A DNA stretch of 64,000 nt from Thermoplasmata archaeon (lineage in GTDB: Archaea > Thermoplasmatota > E2 > UBA202 > JdFR-43). The notes beneath the pieces were generated by a model, which saw nothing but the letters and a program-made list of their open reading frames with translations, was not told where the DNA came from and ran no database searches. A program made the position numbers and the translations under genes. The DNA is taken from assembly GCA_021162065.1 (NCBI GenBank), contig JAGGZK010000017.1, forward strand, positions 23,034-87,033. Direction: 5' to 3'. Of the stretch, positions 32,361-42,099 are shown piece after piece; within the stretch, counting starts at the first letter, position 1; the number at the start of each line of letters is the position of its first letter.

Positions 32361-33293
32361 ATGATGGTTTCCATATCTCCCGGAAAGGTGATACTGCTCG
32401 GAGAGCATGGCGTGGTTTACGGAAAACCGTGCCTATCCATGGCCATCTCGCTGAAGGTGGCCGTGAATGTGGAAAGAAGCGATACATGCACAGTCAACGG
32501 GAGGGTGATGGAGGAGGGAAGGCATGTTTACATAATGAAGGCCATGGAGAAGACGGGCATCAACGAGCCGGTGGCTGTGACAACCTTTTCTCAGATACCC
32601 TCCGCCAGTGGACTCGGCTCTTCTGCGGCCATAACTGCCGCCTGCGTTGCCGCCTTCCTTGCGATGAAGGGGCGCGTTGATAAGGAGGAGGTTGCCAGGA
32701 AGAGTTTTGAGGTGGAATATGAGGTGCAGAGGGGGGCGAGCCCCAACGATACATCTGCCTGTGTGCATGGAGGGACAATACTCACGTGGTCCGAGGAGAG
32801 GGCCGGATATGTATGGAAGATGGAAAAGGGGGAGAGGAGATGGTATATCTATCCCGTGAAAACTGACATGGACATAAATCTGGTGGTGGGGCATACGGGC
32901 ATAAAGTCAAAAACGCCGCTGCTCATAAAGAAGATAAGAAAATTCGTCGAATACTCCTCCTTTGGAAGGGAACTCATGGACGAGATGGAGGGCATAGTCA
33001 TGGAGGGCAAAAAGGCGCTGGAAAACCAAGATTTCGTGAAACTGGGGGATTTGATGAACAAAAACCAGAAAATACTCCATACCCTGGGCGCAAGCAGCAA
33101 AGAAATAGAGAAACTCGTAAATGCCGCCCTCAAGGCGGGGGCGTACGGGGCAAAACTCACGGGCGCGGGCGGCGGAGGAAGCATAGTTGCCTTGGCGGAG
33201 GATGCGGAGAGGGTGGCGGAGGCAATAGAGAAGAGAAAGGGAAAAGCATACATAGTCTCGATGGAGAAGGAAGGCATAAAGGTGTGGAAGTAG
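32361..33293 (+). CDS. mvk: Mevalonate kinase
   Basis: PGKVILLGEHGVVYG is the MVK N-terminal motif, PSASGLGSSAA the GHMP ATP-binding loop, and the C-terminal GAKLTGAGGGG is present. Confidence 0.85.
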   Translation: MMVSISPGKVILLGEHGVVYGKPCLSMAISLKVAVNVERSDTCTVNGRVMEEGRHVYIMKAMEKTGINEPVAVTTFSQIPSASGLGSSAAITAACVAAFLAMKGRVDKEEVARKSFEVEYEVQRGASPNDTSACVHGGTILTWSEERAGYVWKMEKGERRWYIYPVKTDMDINLVVGHTGIKSKTPLLIKKIRKFVEYSSFGRELMDEMEGIVMEGKKALENQDFVKLGDLMNKNQKILHTLGASSKEIEKLVNAALKAGAYGAKLTGAGGGGSIVALAEDAERVAEAIEKRKGKAYIVSMEKEGIKVWK

Positions 33294-33331
33294 CGAGATA
33301 AATTTATATCCATTACACCATTCCACTTTTC

Positions 33332-34228
33332 ATGAAGAAGGACATAATTTCCATGCTCGATGTTAAGGATGATCTGAAGCAGATTATAGACAATGCCATA
33401 GAAATGAAGAAGGGAAATTACGAGAAGATAATGAAGGGAAGGACCATGGCCATGATTTTCGAAAAGTCCAGTACAAGGACAAGAGTATCTTTTGAGGTGG
33501 CAATGGAGAAGCTTGGAGGACATGCCCTATTCCTGGGCAAAAATGACATACAGCTTGGCAGGGGGGAGAGCATTCAGGATACGGCCATGGTACTCAGCAG
33601 ATATGTGGATGTAATAATGTACAGGGCATACAGCCATGAGAATATGAAGGAGCTGGCGAAGCATGCCAGCGTGCCAGTGATAAATGGGTTAGATGATAAG
33701 GAACATCCATGCCAGGTGATGGCTGACCTCATGACCATAAAGGAGAAGAAGGGAAGATTGAAAGGGCTTACGATGGTCTATTTCGGGGATGGAAACAACA
33801 ACATGGCCCATTCCCTCATTCTTGGGTGCGCCATTGCAGGTATGAAGATTAGAATAGTGGCACCCCGTGCCTTCTGGCCCGAGGAATATTACATTGAGGA
33901 GGCGAGAAAACTCGGCGGCGAGGTGGAAGTGGAGGAGATTGGCGAAGATTCAGCCAGGGAGGCGGATGTGGTTGTTACAGACACCTGGGTTTCCATGGGT
34001 GATGAGGCGGAGAAGGAGGAAAGGCTGAGGATATTTAAGGGTTATACAGTAGATGAGAAAATAATGGCGCAGGCGAAGGAGGATGCCATCTTCATGCACT
34101 GCCTGCCCGCCTACTATGGCTATGAGGTGACAAAAGAGGTTGCGTATGGAAAGCAATCGGTAATATTCGACGAGGCGGAAAACAGGATGTGGGCGCAGAT
34201 GGCAATAATAAAGTGGCTGTTTGAGTAA
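33332..34228 (+). CDS. argF: Ornithine carbamoyltransferase
   Basis: STRTRVSFE is the carbamoyl-phosphate-binding motif. HPCQ and HCLP are the ornithine-specific motifs (ATCase has HPTQ and HPLP instead). Confidence 0.8.
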   Translation: MKKDIISMLDVKDDLKQIIDNAIEMKKGNYEKIMKGRTMAMIFEKSSTRTRVSFEVAMEKLGGHALFLGKNDIQLGRGESIQDTAMVLSRYVDVIMYRAYSHENMKELAKHASVPVINGLDDKEHPCQVMADLMTIKEKKGRLKGLTMVYFGDGNNNMAHSLILGCAIAGMKIRIVAPRAFWPEEYYIEEARKLGGEVEVEEIGEDSAREADVVVTDTWVSMGDEAEKEERLRIFKGYTVDEKIMAQAKEDAIFMHCLPAYYGYEVTKEVAYGKQSVIFDEAENRMWAQMAIIKWLFE

Positions 34229-34513
34229 TCAAATCAAACTCAAATCCTCTATCTCTGCGCTCTCCACTCCTTCTACGCCTCTTAATTTTTCTATCAACTC
34301 GTCAGGACTCTGGTCGGGCGTTATCACCTGCAGCACCAGCGCCTTCAATCCAAAGGCAACGGGCGCTATCTCGGCATTCACCAGCTGCGCGTAGTCGGGT
34401 AGCACTTCCGTTATTTTCTCCTTAAAATTCTCCATATCTATGCCTGCCTCGGCGGGCATAACCCTTATTCTCATACCTACCTTTCCCATTTTATCACGGC
34501 CCCTCAAATCCAC
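34229..34513 (-). CDS. ef1b: Translation elongation factor aEF-1 beta
   Basis: 94 aa; the C-terminal half matches the EF-1beta guanine-nucleotide-exchange domain. Confidence 0.75.
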   Translation of the reverse strand: MDLRGRDKMGKVGMRIRVMPAEAGIDMENFKEKITEVLPDYAQLVNAEIAPVAFGLKALVLQVITPDQSPDELIEKLRGVEGVESAEIEDLSLI

Positions 34514-34655
34514 ATTCCGGACATTTATATTTGGCAGAATGATTCCTGCAGACGTTGCATCTCTTTATTACATACCCGCATTCAGGGCATGGAAACTGAA
34601 CACAGCCCTCGTCCGCAAGTCCTCTGCCGCAAGTGATGCATCTTCCCTCAATCAT
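34494..34655 (-). CDS. Small zinc-ribbon protein (COG2888-like, typically encoded upstream of aEF-1beta)
   Basis: Not in the ORF track because it is only 53 aa. The hand translation is MIEGRCITCGRGLADEGCVQFPCPECGYVIKRCNVCRNHSAKYKCPECGFEGP, which has four CxxC pairs. Its stop overlaps the ef1b start region. Confidence 0.6.
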   Translation of the reverse strand: MIEGRCITCGRGLADEGCVQFPCPECGYVIKRCNVCRNHSAKYKCPECGFEGP

Positions 34656-34778
34656 TGCTAACGTATGGGGAAGTTATATTTTAATTTTTTTAGGAGGAAA
34701 AATGAAGCATGAAAGGAAAAGGACGGCTCCAGTAAAAAGTATAAATCTATATATAGGGTTGAAAATTTAATGGTTTAG

Positions 34779-36533
34779 ATGAAGAAATTGCAGAGGGAGG
34801 AGGAAAAGGAAGAGAGGAAGCAGGCAGCCCTACTCCTTAACAAATATAAACTCAGCGAAATTCTTGTCAACAGAAAAAAACTGCTGGACGAGCTTGCCAA
34901 CATCCAGGAGATGGAAGAGAAGATGAGGGCAAGGGAATACATCGCCAAAATGAAGAGAGGCGAGGATATCACGAAATTTGCCCAGGACTACAAGGAAATG
35001 GTGGATCTTTCTCCTCCCAGCGAGGATTACATAGAGGTTGTTGAGGTTCATCCCATAACAAAGCCCTATGCCTATGTGAGGGTGCTATACGATAACAAAA
35101 ACCACGAGTATATCTACGAGGTGCTCGAGCCGAAGATGACGACGGAGGAGAAAAAACTGCTGGATTTCATAAAGGAGACGCTGCTGAAAACCATGGATAT
35201 AGAGCTGACGGAATTCAGCGAGGACGAGGCCAAGGATTATCTTAGAAAAAACGTGGACCGCATAATAAAGGATTATTCCATAAGCATGGACGATACAACC
35301 AGGGAGAAGATAATGTACTACGTAATCAGGGATTTTCTGGGTTACGGAAAGATAGATGTCCTGATGAGGGACATAATGATCGAAGACATATCCTGCGATG
35401 CCGCCGGCACACCCATCTTCATCTATCATAGAAATTATGAATCCATGAAAACAAATGTCATCTTCCAGGATGACAATGAGCTGGATTCCTTTGTTATTCA
35501 ACTTGCCCAGAAATGCGGGAGGCACATCTCCATAGCCCATCCTCTGCTGGATGCCACCATGCCCGATGGCTCAAGATTGCAGGCATGTCTGGCAAGGGAA
35601 GTCTCTTCCATGGGTTCCAATTTCACCATAAGAAGGTTCAGGGAGGAGCCCTTCACACCCGTTCATCTTGTGGAGTTCAACACCATGTCGCCCGAGATGG
35701 CCGCCTACTTCTGGATGGCCATAGAGCATGGCGCCTCCGCCATCATATCCGGAGGGACTGCATCAGGTAAAACGACAACGTTAAACGCCCTGGGCCTCTT
35801 CATTCCTCCCCAGGCAAAGATAGTTTCCATTGAGGATACGAGGGAGATAAATCTTCCCCATCCCAACTGGATTGCATCCGTTACCAGAGAGACATCCGGG
35901 GAGAGCGATGAGACAAGAATAGGCATGTTCGAACTCCTGAAGGCGGCGTTGAGGCAGAGGCCGGAGTACATCATAGTGGGAGAGATAAGGGGTGAGGAGG
36001 CGGTGGTGCTGTTCCAGGCCATGGCTACTGGCCATACCGTATATTCCACAATGCACGCCGATTCCATATTCTCCGTCATTCACCGCCTTGAAGGAGAGCC
36101 CATAAATATTCCCAGAATACAACTACAGGCACTGGATATAGTGGCCATACAGGCGCAGGTGAGAATAGGAAGAAAGAGGGTGAGGAGGATAAAGGAGATT
36201 GTGGAGGTGGTGGGCATAGATCCCTCTACCGAAGATATTCTGACCAACGATGTATTCAAGTGGAATCCCAGAAAGGATACCTTCGATTATTATGGTAAAG
36301 GCCAAGTAATGGACAGGATAGCAGAGTTCAGAAACTGGACGGATAGGGAGTTGAATGAGGAGTTCAACAAGAGGGTGGAAGTCATAAAATGGCTCATGGA
36401 GAAGGGGATAAAACATTATGTGGATGTGGGCCACATAGTGGCGGGCTATTATAAGAATCCGGATAAGATTATGGAGATGATAGAAAAAGACAGGAGAGAA
36501 AATGCTGACAAAGTATCAAGCCCTGTGTTATAA
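34779..36533 (+). CDS. Type IV pilus/archaellum-family secretion ATPase (TadA/FlaI-like)
   Basis: Walker A GGTASGKTT and the Asp box / His box are present. 584 aa with an N-terminal coiled-coil extension. Confidence 0.85.
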   Translation: MKKLQREEEKEERKQAALLLNKYKLSEILVNRKKLLDELANIQEMEEKMRAREYIAKMKRGEDITKFAQDYKEMVDLSPPSEDYIEVVEVHPITKPYAYVRVLYDNKNHEYIYEVLEPKMTTEEKKLLDFIKETLLKTMDIELTEFSEDEAKDYLRKNVDRIIKDYSISMDDTTREKIMYYVIRDFLGYGKIDVLMRDIMIEDISCDAAGTPIFIYHRNYESMKTNVIFQDDNELDSFVIQLAQKCGRHISIAHPLLDATMPDGSRLQACLAREVSSMGSNFTIRRFREEPFTPVHLVEFNTMSPEMAAYFWMAIEHGASAIISGGTASGKTTTLNALGLFIPPQAKIVSIEDTREINLPHPNWIASVTRETSGESDETRIGMFELLKAALRQRPEYIIVGEIRGEEAVVLFQAMATGHTVYSTMHADSIFSVIHRLEGEPINIPRIQLQALDIVAIQAQVRIGRKRVRRIKEIVEVVGIDPSTEDILTNDVFKWNPRKDTFDYYGKGQVMDRIAEFRNWTDRELNEEFNKRVEVIKWLMEKGIKHYVDVGHIVAGYYKNPDKIMEMIEKDRRENADKVSSPVL

Positions 36534-37374
36534 AATATTCGGAAATAAGGCAGCGAAGTCCACTCAGATAGAGTATATAAAGAGGTCTCTCGAGCGCGCC
36601 TTCATAGAGGTAAGGCCGGAGGCATATATCTCCTTTGCATGGATGAATGGCATAATGGGGGCTGTAGCCGGCATCTTTCTCATAGTGCTGTATCTTTTTG
36701 TCCTTCCCGCCTTTGTTTCCCTTCCGGTAAAACTTCTTGCCATAATAATTCCCTCTCCCATTCTTCTGGCAGCCCTGGCATATTTCATCACCATGATGAT
36801 TCCCGAGAGCAAGGCCAGCAGCAGGAAGAAGGACATAGAGGCAAAGCTTCCCTATGCATTGAATTTCATTGCGGCCATGTCGACCGCTGGAATAACCCCT
36901 GCGGAAATCTTCAAAAATCTGGCGGAGCAGCCCGTCTATGGCGAGGTGCACAAGGAGGCGGCATGGATTTACAGGGACATAGCCATATTCAACATAGACA
37001 TAATTACCGCCCTGAGGAATGCGGCCAACAGAACGCCCTCCATCAGATTTCAGGAATTCATCCAGGGGGCGATAACCACCATAACCTCTGGAGGAGATTT
37101 GAAAAGGTATTTCCTGGCAAAGGCGGACGAGTACATGAGGGAGAACAGAAGGTTGCAGAAGGAGTTCCTCGAGACTCTGGGAGTCCTTGCGGAAAGCTAT
37201 GTTACCGTGGTGGTGGCAGCCCCATTGTTTCTCATAATAATGTTCTCGGTGATGGCCCTCTTCGGTGGTGGCTCCAACACGGGGCTGATAATGTATTTGC
37301 TCGCCTTTGTGATGCTTCCGCTTGCCAATCTTGGATTTGCACTTGCTATCCAATCCATGTCGCCGGAGGTGTGA
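36502..37374 (+). CDS. TadB/FlaJ-like membrane protein (single T2SSF domain)
   Basis: N-terminal TM helix, then a T2SSF-like cytoplasmic domain (LPYALNFIAAMSTAGITPAEIFKNLA...), then TM helices. Overlaps the ATPase gene by 32 nt. Confidence 0.65.
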   Translation: MLTKYQALCYKIFGNKAAKSTQIEYIKRSLERAFIEVRPEAYISFAWMNGIMGAVAGIFLIVLYLFVLPAFVSLPVKLLAIIIPSPILLAALAYFITMMIPESKASSRKKDIEAKLPYALNFIAAMSTAGITPAEIFKNLAEQPVYGEVHKEAAWIYRDIAIFNIDIITALRNAANRTPSIRFQEFIQGAITTITSGGDLKRYFLAKADEYMRENRRLQKEFLETLGVLAESYVTVVVAAPLFLIIMFSVMALFGGGSNTGLIMYLLAFVMLPLANLGFALAIQSMSPEV

Positions 37375-37375
37375 A

Positions 37376-39100
37376 ATGATAGGAAAGAGAATAACCCTGT
37401 TCGCCTTCATCTTCTCGCTTGTGGTTATTGCTGCATCCGTATTTTTCAGAATAAGGGAATCCTACACCCTCTCCAATGTTCTTCTCGCTGCCTCCATAGT
37501 GCTCTTCCTGATATTTTCATGGATTCAGAGGAGGATAAAGGAGGACATGCTTCCCTTCCTGCCCGATGAATACAGGGAGAGGGAATGGAGATATTATTTC
37601 TCCTCCCTCTTTTCCTTCATTCTTCTGATTTTCACCACCACCATCAATTCCTTCATAGTTTTTCTCGGAATGGGGATATCCAGGGTGCTCATAGACATTC
37701 TGCTGGGAGCGGTGATATTGCTCATGCTATACACCGTATTTTCCGTTCCCACGGTGGAAAAAACCGCCGCCTACCCCATATTTCTTCTCTTTGCATTGGT
37801 GTTTGCGGTCATAGTCATAGCCTCCCAGATGGACATAGGATATCATCTCCCCGAAAACGCCTCCCCCATTCTCATAAAGATGGCTGACCCCCTGTTTCTC
37901 CTCAACATAGCCCTTGTTTCCTGGATGGCATCCCTTATGGCAGGGGGAGAGATGCCCTCTCCCATAGCATCTGTAACTGGCCTTTATGAGAGGGGCAGGG
38001 CGGTAAAGGAGGAGGTGCTTTACAGGAGAAACTGGTTTTATCTGTCGGTGGTGGGCCTCATAGTGGCTTTCATATTGATAAACATATTCACCATCATCAA
38101 ACTTCCCGGAGGGGCAACCCTCTCCAGTGTGCAGTGGGGGTATGCTCTGATTTTCCTGAGCATAGCCATACTCGTGGCCATCATCTTTTACATAATCTTT
38201 ATCCTTCCGGAGAGAACAGGAACCATAAAGGAAAAGTATGATGTGGAAACCCTTTACAGAATACTGGTTCTCGCATCCTCCGCCATATTTGCGGCACTCT
38301 TCATCATACTGGCGGTTCTGGTTCAGCTGGAAAAAATCAGGAGCATAGGGAGCATCCCCCTTACCAAGGATAACGCCATCGACTTTGCCATCTTTGCCAT
38401 ACTTTCCTCCATAGGTCCCTTTGGATTCTACGAGGCATCGAGGTACAGAAAGATGAATCTTATCGAGGAGCGATTTCCGGAGTTCCTTAGAGATCTGGCT
38501 GAATCAAGGAAGGCGGGAATGACCATGGCAAGGGCGGTGGAGATGGCTGCCAGGGGCGACTATGGATATCTCACTCCCTACATAAGAAAAATGGCGGTGC
38601 AGATTTCCTGGGGCCTCCCCTTCAGCGAGGCATTGAAGAGGTTTGGCGATGCCATAAACACGCCCCTTGTTCAGAGAACAACCACCATGGTGGTGAAGGC
38701 ATCGGAGGCGGGCGGCAAGGTGGCGGATGTCATAGAAGCGGCGGCGAAGAATGTGAGGGAAATAAAGATTCTTCAGGCGGAAAGAAGAACTGAGATGAAG
38801 ATGTACCTCATGATAATATACGTCTCCTTTTTCGTCTTTCTTTCCGTTATAATGGCCCTCTCCTCCATGTTCCTGCCAAAACTTTATGAGGCGGCGCAAT
38901 CGGCGGGCGGCCTGATAGGCGGAAGCGCGGGTCTCACTCTGAAGGAATACAACTTCATTTATATCTCCACTGCCATTTCCCAGGCCATAGGGAGCGGGAT
39001 AGTGGCTGGGGCCTTATCGGAAGGAAAAATGCTCGCTGGTCTGAGACATGGAACAATAATGATAATAGTGACCTACATTGTTTTCAAACTTCTTGCATGA
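37376..39100 (+). CDS. TadC/FlaJ-like membrane protein with about 390-aa polytopic N-terminal extension
   Basis: The C-terminal T2SSF-like domain reads FPEFLRDLAESRKAGMTMARAVE...ISWGLPFSEALKRFGD, followed by TM helices. The N-terminal half has at least 8 hydrophobic helices. Start at the ATG 2 nt after the upstream stop. Confidence 0.6.
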   Translation: MIGKRITLFAFIFSLVVIAASVFFRIRESYTLSNVLLAASIVLFLIFSWIQRRIKEDMLPFLPDEYREREWRYYFSSLFSFILLIFTTTINSFIVFLGMGISRVLIDILLGAVILLMLYTVFSVPTVEKTAAYPIFLLFALVFAVIVIASQMDIGYHLPENASPILIKMADPLFLLNIALVSWMASLMAGGEMPSPIASVTGLYERGRAVKEEVLYRRNWFYLSVVGLIVAFILINIFTIIKLPGGATLSSVQWGYALIFLSIAILVAIIFYIIFILPERTGTIKEKYDVETLYRILVLASSAIFAALFIILAVLVQLEKIRSIGSIPLTKDNAIDFAIFAILSSIGPFGFYEASRYRKMNLIEERFPEFLRDLAESRKAGMTMARAVEMAARGDYGYLTPYIRKMAVQISWGLPFSEALKRFGDAINTPLVQRTTTMVVKASEAGGKVADVIEAAAKNVREIKILQAERRTEMKMYLMIIYVSFFVFLSVIMALSSMFLPKLYEAAQSAGGLIGGSAGLTLKEYNFIYISTAISQAIGSGIVAGALSEGKMLAGLRHGTIMIIVTYIVFKLLA

Positions 39101-39153
39101 TGCAATTTCATCGACCATAAAATTTTTTAACATCTCCTCTTATTCTCATTCAA

Positions 39154-39227
39154 GCCGGCGTAGCTTAGCCCGGTAGAGCGGCTGACTTGTAATCAGCAGG
39201 TCAGGGGTTCGAATCCCTTCGCCGGCT
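39154..39227 (+). tRNA. tRNA-Thr (anticodon UGU)
   Basis: Hand-folded cloverleaf. Acceptor GCCGGCG/CGCCGGC, D arm GCTT..GAGC, anticodon stem GCTGA/TCAGC with loop CTTGTAA (anticodon TGT). T arm AGGGG-TTCGAAT-CCCTT, discriminator T. Confidence 0.85.
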
Positions 39228-39281
39228 TTATCTTTTATTTCCCTGCCAGAACAGATTTATAATTCCACAGCATTTTCCATT

Positions 39282-42002
39282 ATGAAAAGGATTCTCCTGC
39301 TCCTTATTGCCGTGGGTGCCATGGTGTTTCCGTCCTATGGAACCTTCACTGGTTTTACCCCTTCAGATTCCAGCAAATTCATGGGAAGTTTTGATAAGGT
39401 GGTATACATAGAACCCGGAGGCGATTTCTACATTCATTTCAGCCCCCAGACGGGTGTGGAATTCAAGGAGGAAAATCTAAACATAAGCATTAAAGAAAGA
39501 ATGGCCCTTTCTAAGGCGCCGGAATGGATAAGGTGGCGTCTCGGAAGGCAGTTTGAGAGAATAGGGGATGAATATGCGGATTTAATCCTGAATTCCAGCG
39601 ATAGATATGTGGACGAGATTGCCTTCTCCATTGCCACATCCCCCTACAATGCCATGCCCTCTCCAGAGTTGCTTGCCGACAATGCCTACTTCATATATCG
39701 CAATGATGAGTATCTGGATTATGTGGATGTGGTGGATTTTGAGAACGGCTCCTCCACCATAAGATACCGCACCCTCGATGATGATGGTGTAAAGGAGATT
39801 ACATGTCCCATGGGCATATATTACTGGTATGTTGTGCACCCCCGCATAACCTTTGAGGATGCGGAATATGTTTATAACAAATTCTGGAGGGAGTATCTTT
39901 TCTACCACAACGACATCGGCTACCCGCTTCTCATGGAGAAACTGCATGGGATAGAATATCTATGGGATAATCAATCCTATCGCCCTCCCGCCCACAGAAC
40001 CTGGAAATGGAGCATGGAAAATCATCCCACCGCCGTGGAGGCAATCAACTACTGGATAGGGAAGACAATAACGGAGTATGCCACAGGAGACAGACCCGGC
40101 CAACCCAATGTGATTGCCCACGAGCATAATGGATTCTGCGGGGAGATACAGCAACTCAGCGTTGCCGCCCAGAGGGCGGCGCTTATTCCCACGGTGGGGA
40201 TAAATGACCTTGGCGAAGATCATGTATGGCGCGAATTCTGGGAGAGGGGATGGCATCAGTGCGATAACTGGTGGGCGGATGAGGGAGGAAGCGTGGCGAA
40301 CTATGGAGAATATAGATATGGATGGGATAAAATAATATCCGCCCTTTTTGCGTGGAACGGCGACAGCAGCATATATGACGTGACTCCAAAATATATCCAT
40401 GAGAGCGACATGGGAAGCATAAGGGTGGAGGTGAGGGATATCCTGGGCAGACCTGTGGATGGGGCAAGAGTGATGGTATTCGGCTCATGGAAGGCAAACA
40501 ATTTTAAGGATAGGTTATGGGGGAAATATATAGATGCTTTATGGTCAAAACTGCCGGAGGAATTGAGAAAAAAATATCAGGAGAGATACGATGAGATGAA
40601 GAAATTCTATCATGAACGCGTTCCTGGGCTGATACCATGGATTCTTCCCAGCACATGGAACTATACGAACATGAATGGCACCTGCTCCTTTCGTCTGGGA
40701 CTGGGGCACAGCTATCTCATCATGGTGCAGAAGGATGATATTTTCTATTATGGGCCCTTTTCCGTGGGAAAAAGCAACGGGATGAAGTATTTTGTCTCCC
40801 TGAAAGAGAATTCCACCAGGAATGCAAGGGTGATTTTTGTGATTCCCGATAGAAAGCATACTATGAATATGGAAGTGGGCAACTTAGCTGGAAGAGATTA
40901 CCGCTTTTCTCTCGATTTTAACTGCAGGGGATATCAGGAGCAGCGAAATCCATGGGACTGGAAATATGGCATGGAGGATGTGGATGCAAAGGTAAACTTC
41001 TTTGTGATGGACGAGGAGAATTTTGAAAAATACAGACGGGGCGAGAAGTTTGAATGCTCAAGATATGTTTATTCCTCAGATGGCCATGATGAGTTTGAGG
41101 GGAACGATGTTTACATTGTCTTCAACAACACGGCCACCAGAACAGGAGTGCTTCTTCACATCTCCCTCTCGATTTATGGAGACGGAAATATGATATATCT
41201 CGATTTACCCTCCACAGGACTTCTGAATGCGGGGATGAATTATATCAATGGCTATTCCACAGGAAATGGAAAGGTAAGGATAGGAGAGCAGGTTTTCAAT
41301 GTCTCAGGCAACTTCTCGATACAATGGAATGCAACGATAGGAAAACATGAAGTGGTTGCGATATGCGGGGATTTTGCGAGGACATATGAGGTGGAGGTGG
41401 TGGATTTCACGCCACCGGAAATTGTTGTAAAAAGCCCCAGGGAAGGAATGGTTTTTGATGGAGATGTCAGAATAGAAGGAGAAGCGATGGATAATGGGGA
41501 TATCGATTCTCTCTTGATTTATATTGATGGTGAGCCCATCTCATCGGAGAACCCCTTCAATTTTACCCTTTCCCTTCCACCGGGGGACCATGGGATGAAA
41601 ATTAAGGCCATGGACGGGAGCGGGCTTGAAAGCATTGAAAGCATCAACTTCACCGTGGCAGGAGAGGATGCGATTCCAGTCATAGAAAACATTTCCTTCA
41701 CTCCCTCAACACCCTCGGAAGATGATAATGTGGTGGTATATGCCATTGTTACCCCTTCCTTCTATAAAATAAGAAATGTCTCCATTATAGTGGATGGGGT
41801 GGAGAAAAAAATGTTCATGTACGCCTCCAATCCGGTTCAGCCCCGCCATGAGGAGGATGCTCTTGCCAACATAAGCAATGAGCCGAGATACGGTGTGGAA
41901 CTGGGACAGATGGAGAAAGGAGAGCATGTGTTTTACGTGGTGGCGATGGATACCGCCGGAAACACGGCGAAAAGCGATGAATACGTGATTTCAATCTCAT
42001 AA
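39282..42002 (+). CDS. Secreted transglutaminase-like protein with C-terminal Ig-like/PKD-like domains
   Basis: Signal peptide MKRILLLLIAVGAMVFP. HEHNGFCGEIQQLSVAAQRAALIPTVGINDLGEDHVWREFWERGWHQCDNWW fits a transglutaminase-like Cys-His-Asp core. The C-terminal 250 aa are beta-rich repeats (VEVVDFTPPEIVVKSP...). Confidence 0.5.
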   Translation: MKRILLLLIAVGAMVFPSYGTFTGFTPSDSSKFMGSFDKVVYIEPGGDFYIHFSPQTGVEFKEENLNISIKERMALSKAPEWIRWRLGRQFERIGDEYADLILNSSDRYVDEIAFSIATSPYNAMPSPELLADNAYFIYRNDEYLDYVDVVDFENGSSTIRYRTLDDDGVKEITCPMGIYYWYVVHPRITFEDAEYVYNKFWREYLFYHNDIGYPLLMEKLHGIEYLWDNQSYRPPAHRTWKWSMENHPTAVEAINYWIGKTITEYATGDRPGQPNVIAHEHNGFCGEIQQLSVAAQRAALIPTVGINDLGEDHVWREFWERGWHQCDNWWADEGGSVANYGEYRYGWDKIISALFAWNGDSSIYDVTPKYIHESDMGSIRVEVRDILGRPVDGARVMVFGSWKANNFKDRLWGKYIDALWSKLPEELRKKYQERYDEMKKFYHERVPGLIPWILPSTWNYTNMNGTCSFRLGLGHSYLIMVQKDDIFYYGPFSVGKSNGMKYFVSLKENSTRNARVIFVIPDRKHTMNMEVGNLAGRDYRFSLDFNCRGYQEQRNPWDWKYGMEDVDAKVNFFVMDEENFEKYRRGEKFECSRYVYSSDGHDEFEGNDVYIVFNNTATRTGVLLHISLSIYGDGNMIYLDLPSTGLLNAGMNYINGYSTGNGKVRIGEQVFNVSGNFSIQWNATIGKHEVVAICGDFARTYEVEVVDFTPPEIVVKSPREGMVFDGDVRIEGEAMDNGDIDSLLIYIDGEPISSENPFNFTLSLPPGDHGMKIKAMDGSGLESIESINFTVAGEDAIPVIENISFTPSTPSEDDNVVVYAIVTPSFYKIRNVSIIVDGVEKKMFMYASNPVQPRHEEDALANISNEPRYGVELGQMEKGEHVFYVVAMDTAGNTAKSDEYVISIS

Positions 42003-42099
42003 AAAAGCGTTATCATGTGTGGTTTATGCATCATCTAATTTACGAAAAATTTAGCAAATCTTATATACACTGGCTCGCTAACTCCTTGGAGGGGTAAAT

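Noticed and set aside
36639-37379. 246-aa plus-strand ORF in an alternative frame of the TadB-like gene
   Set aside because: The T2SSF-bearing frame (36502-37374) explains the region. The alternative frame is Gly/His-rich low complexity.
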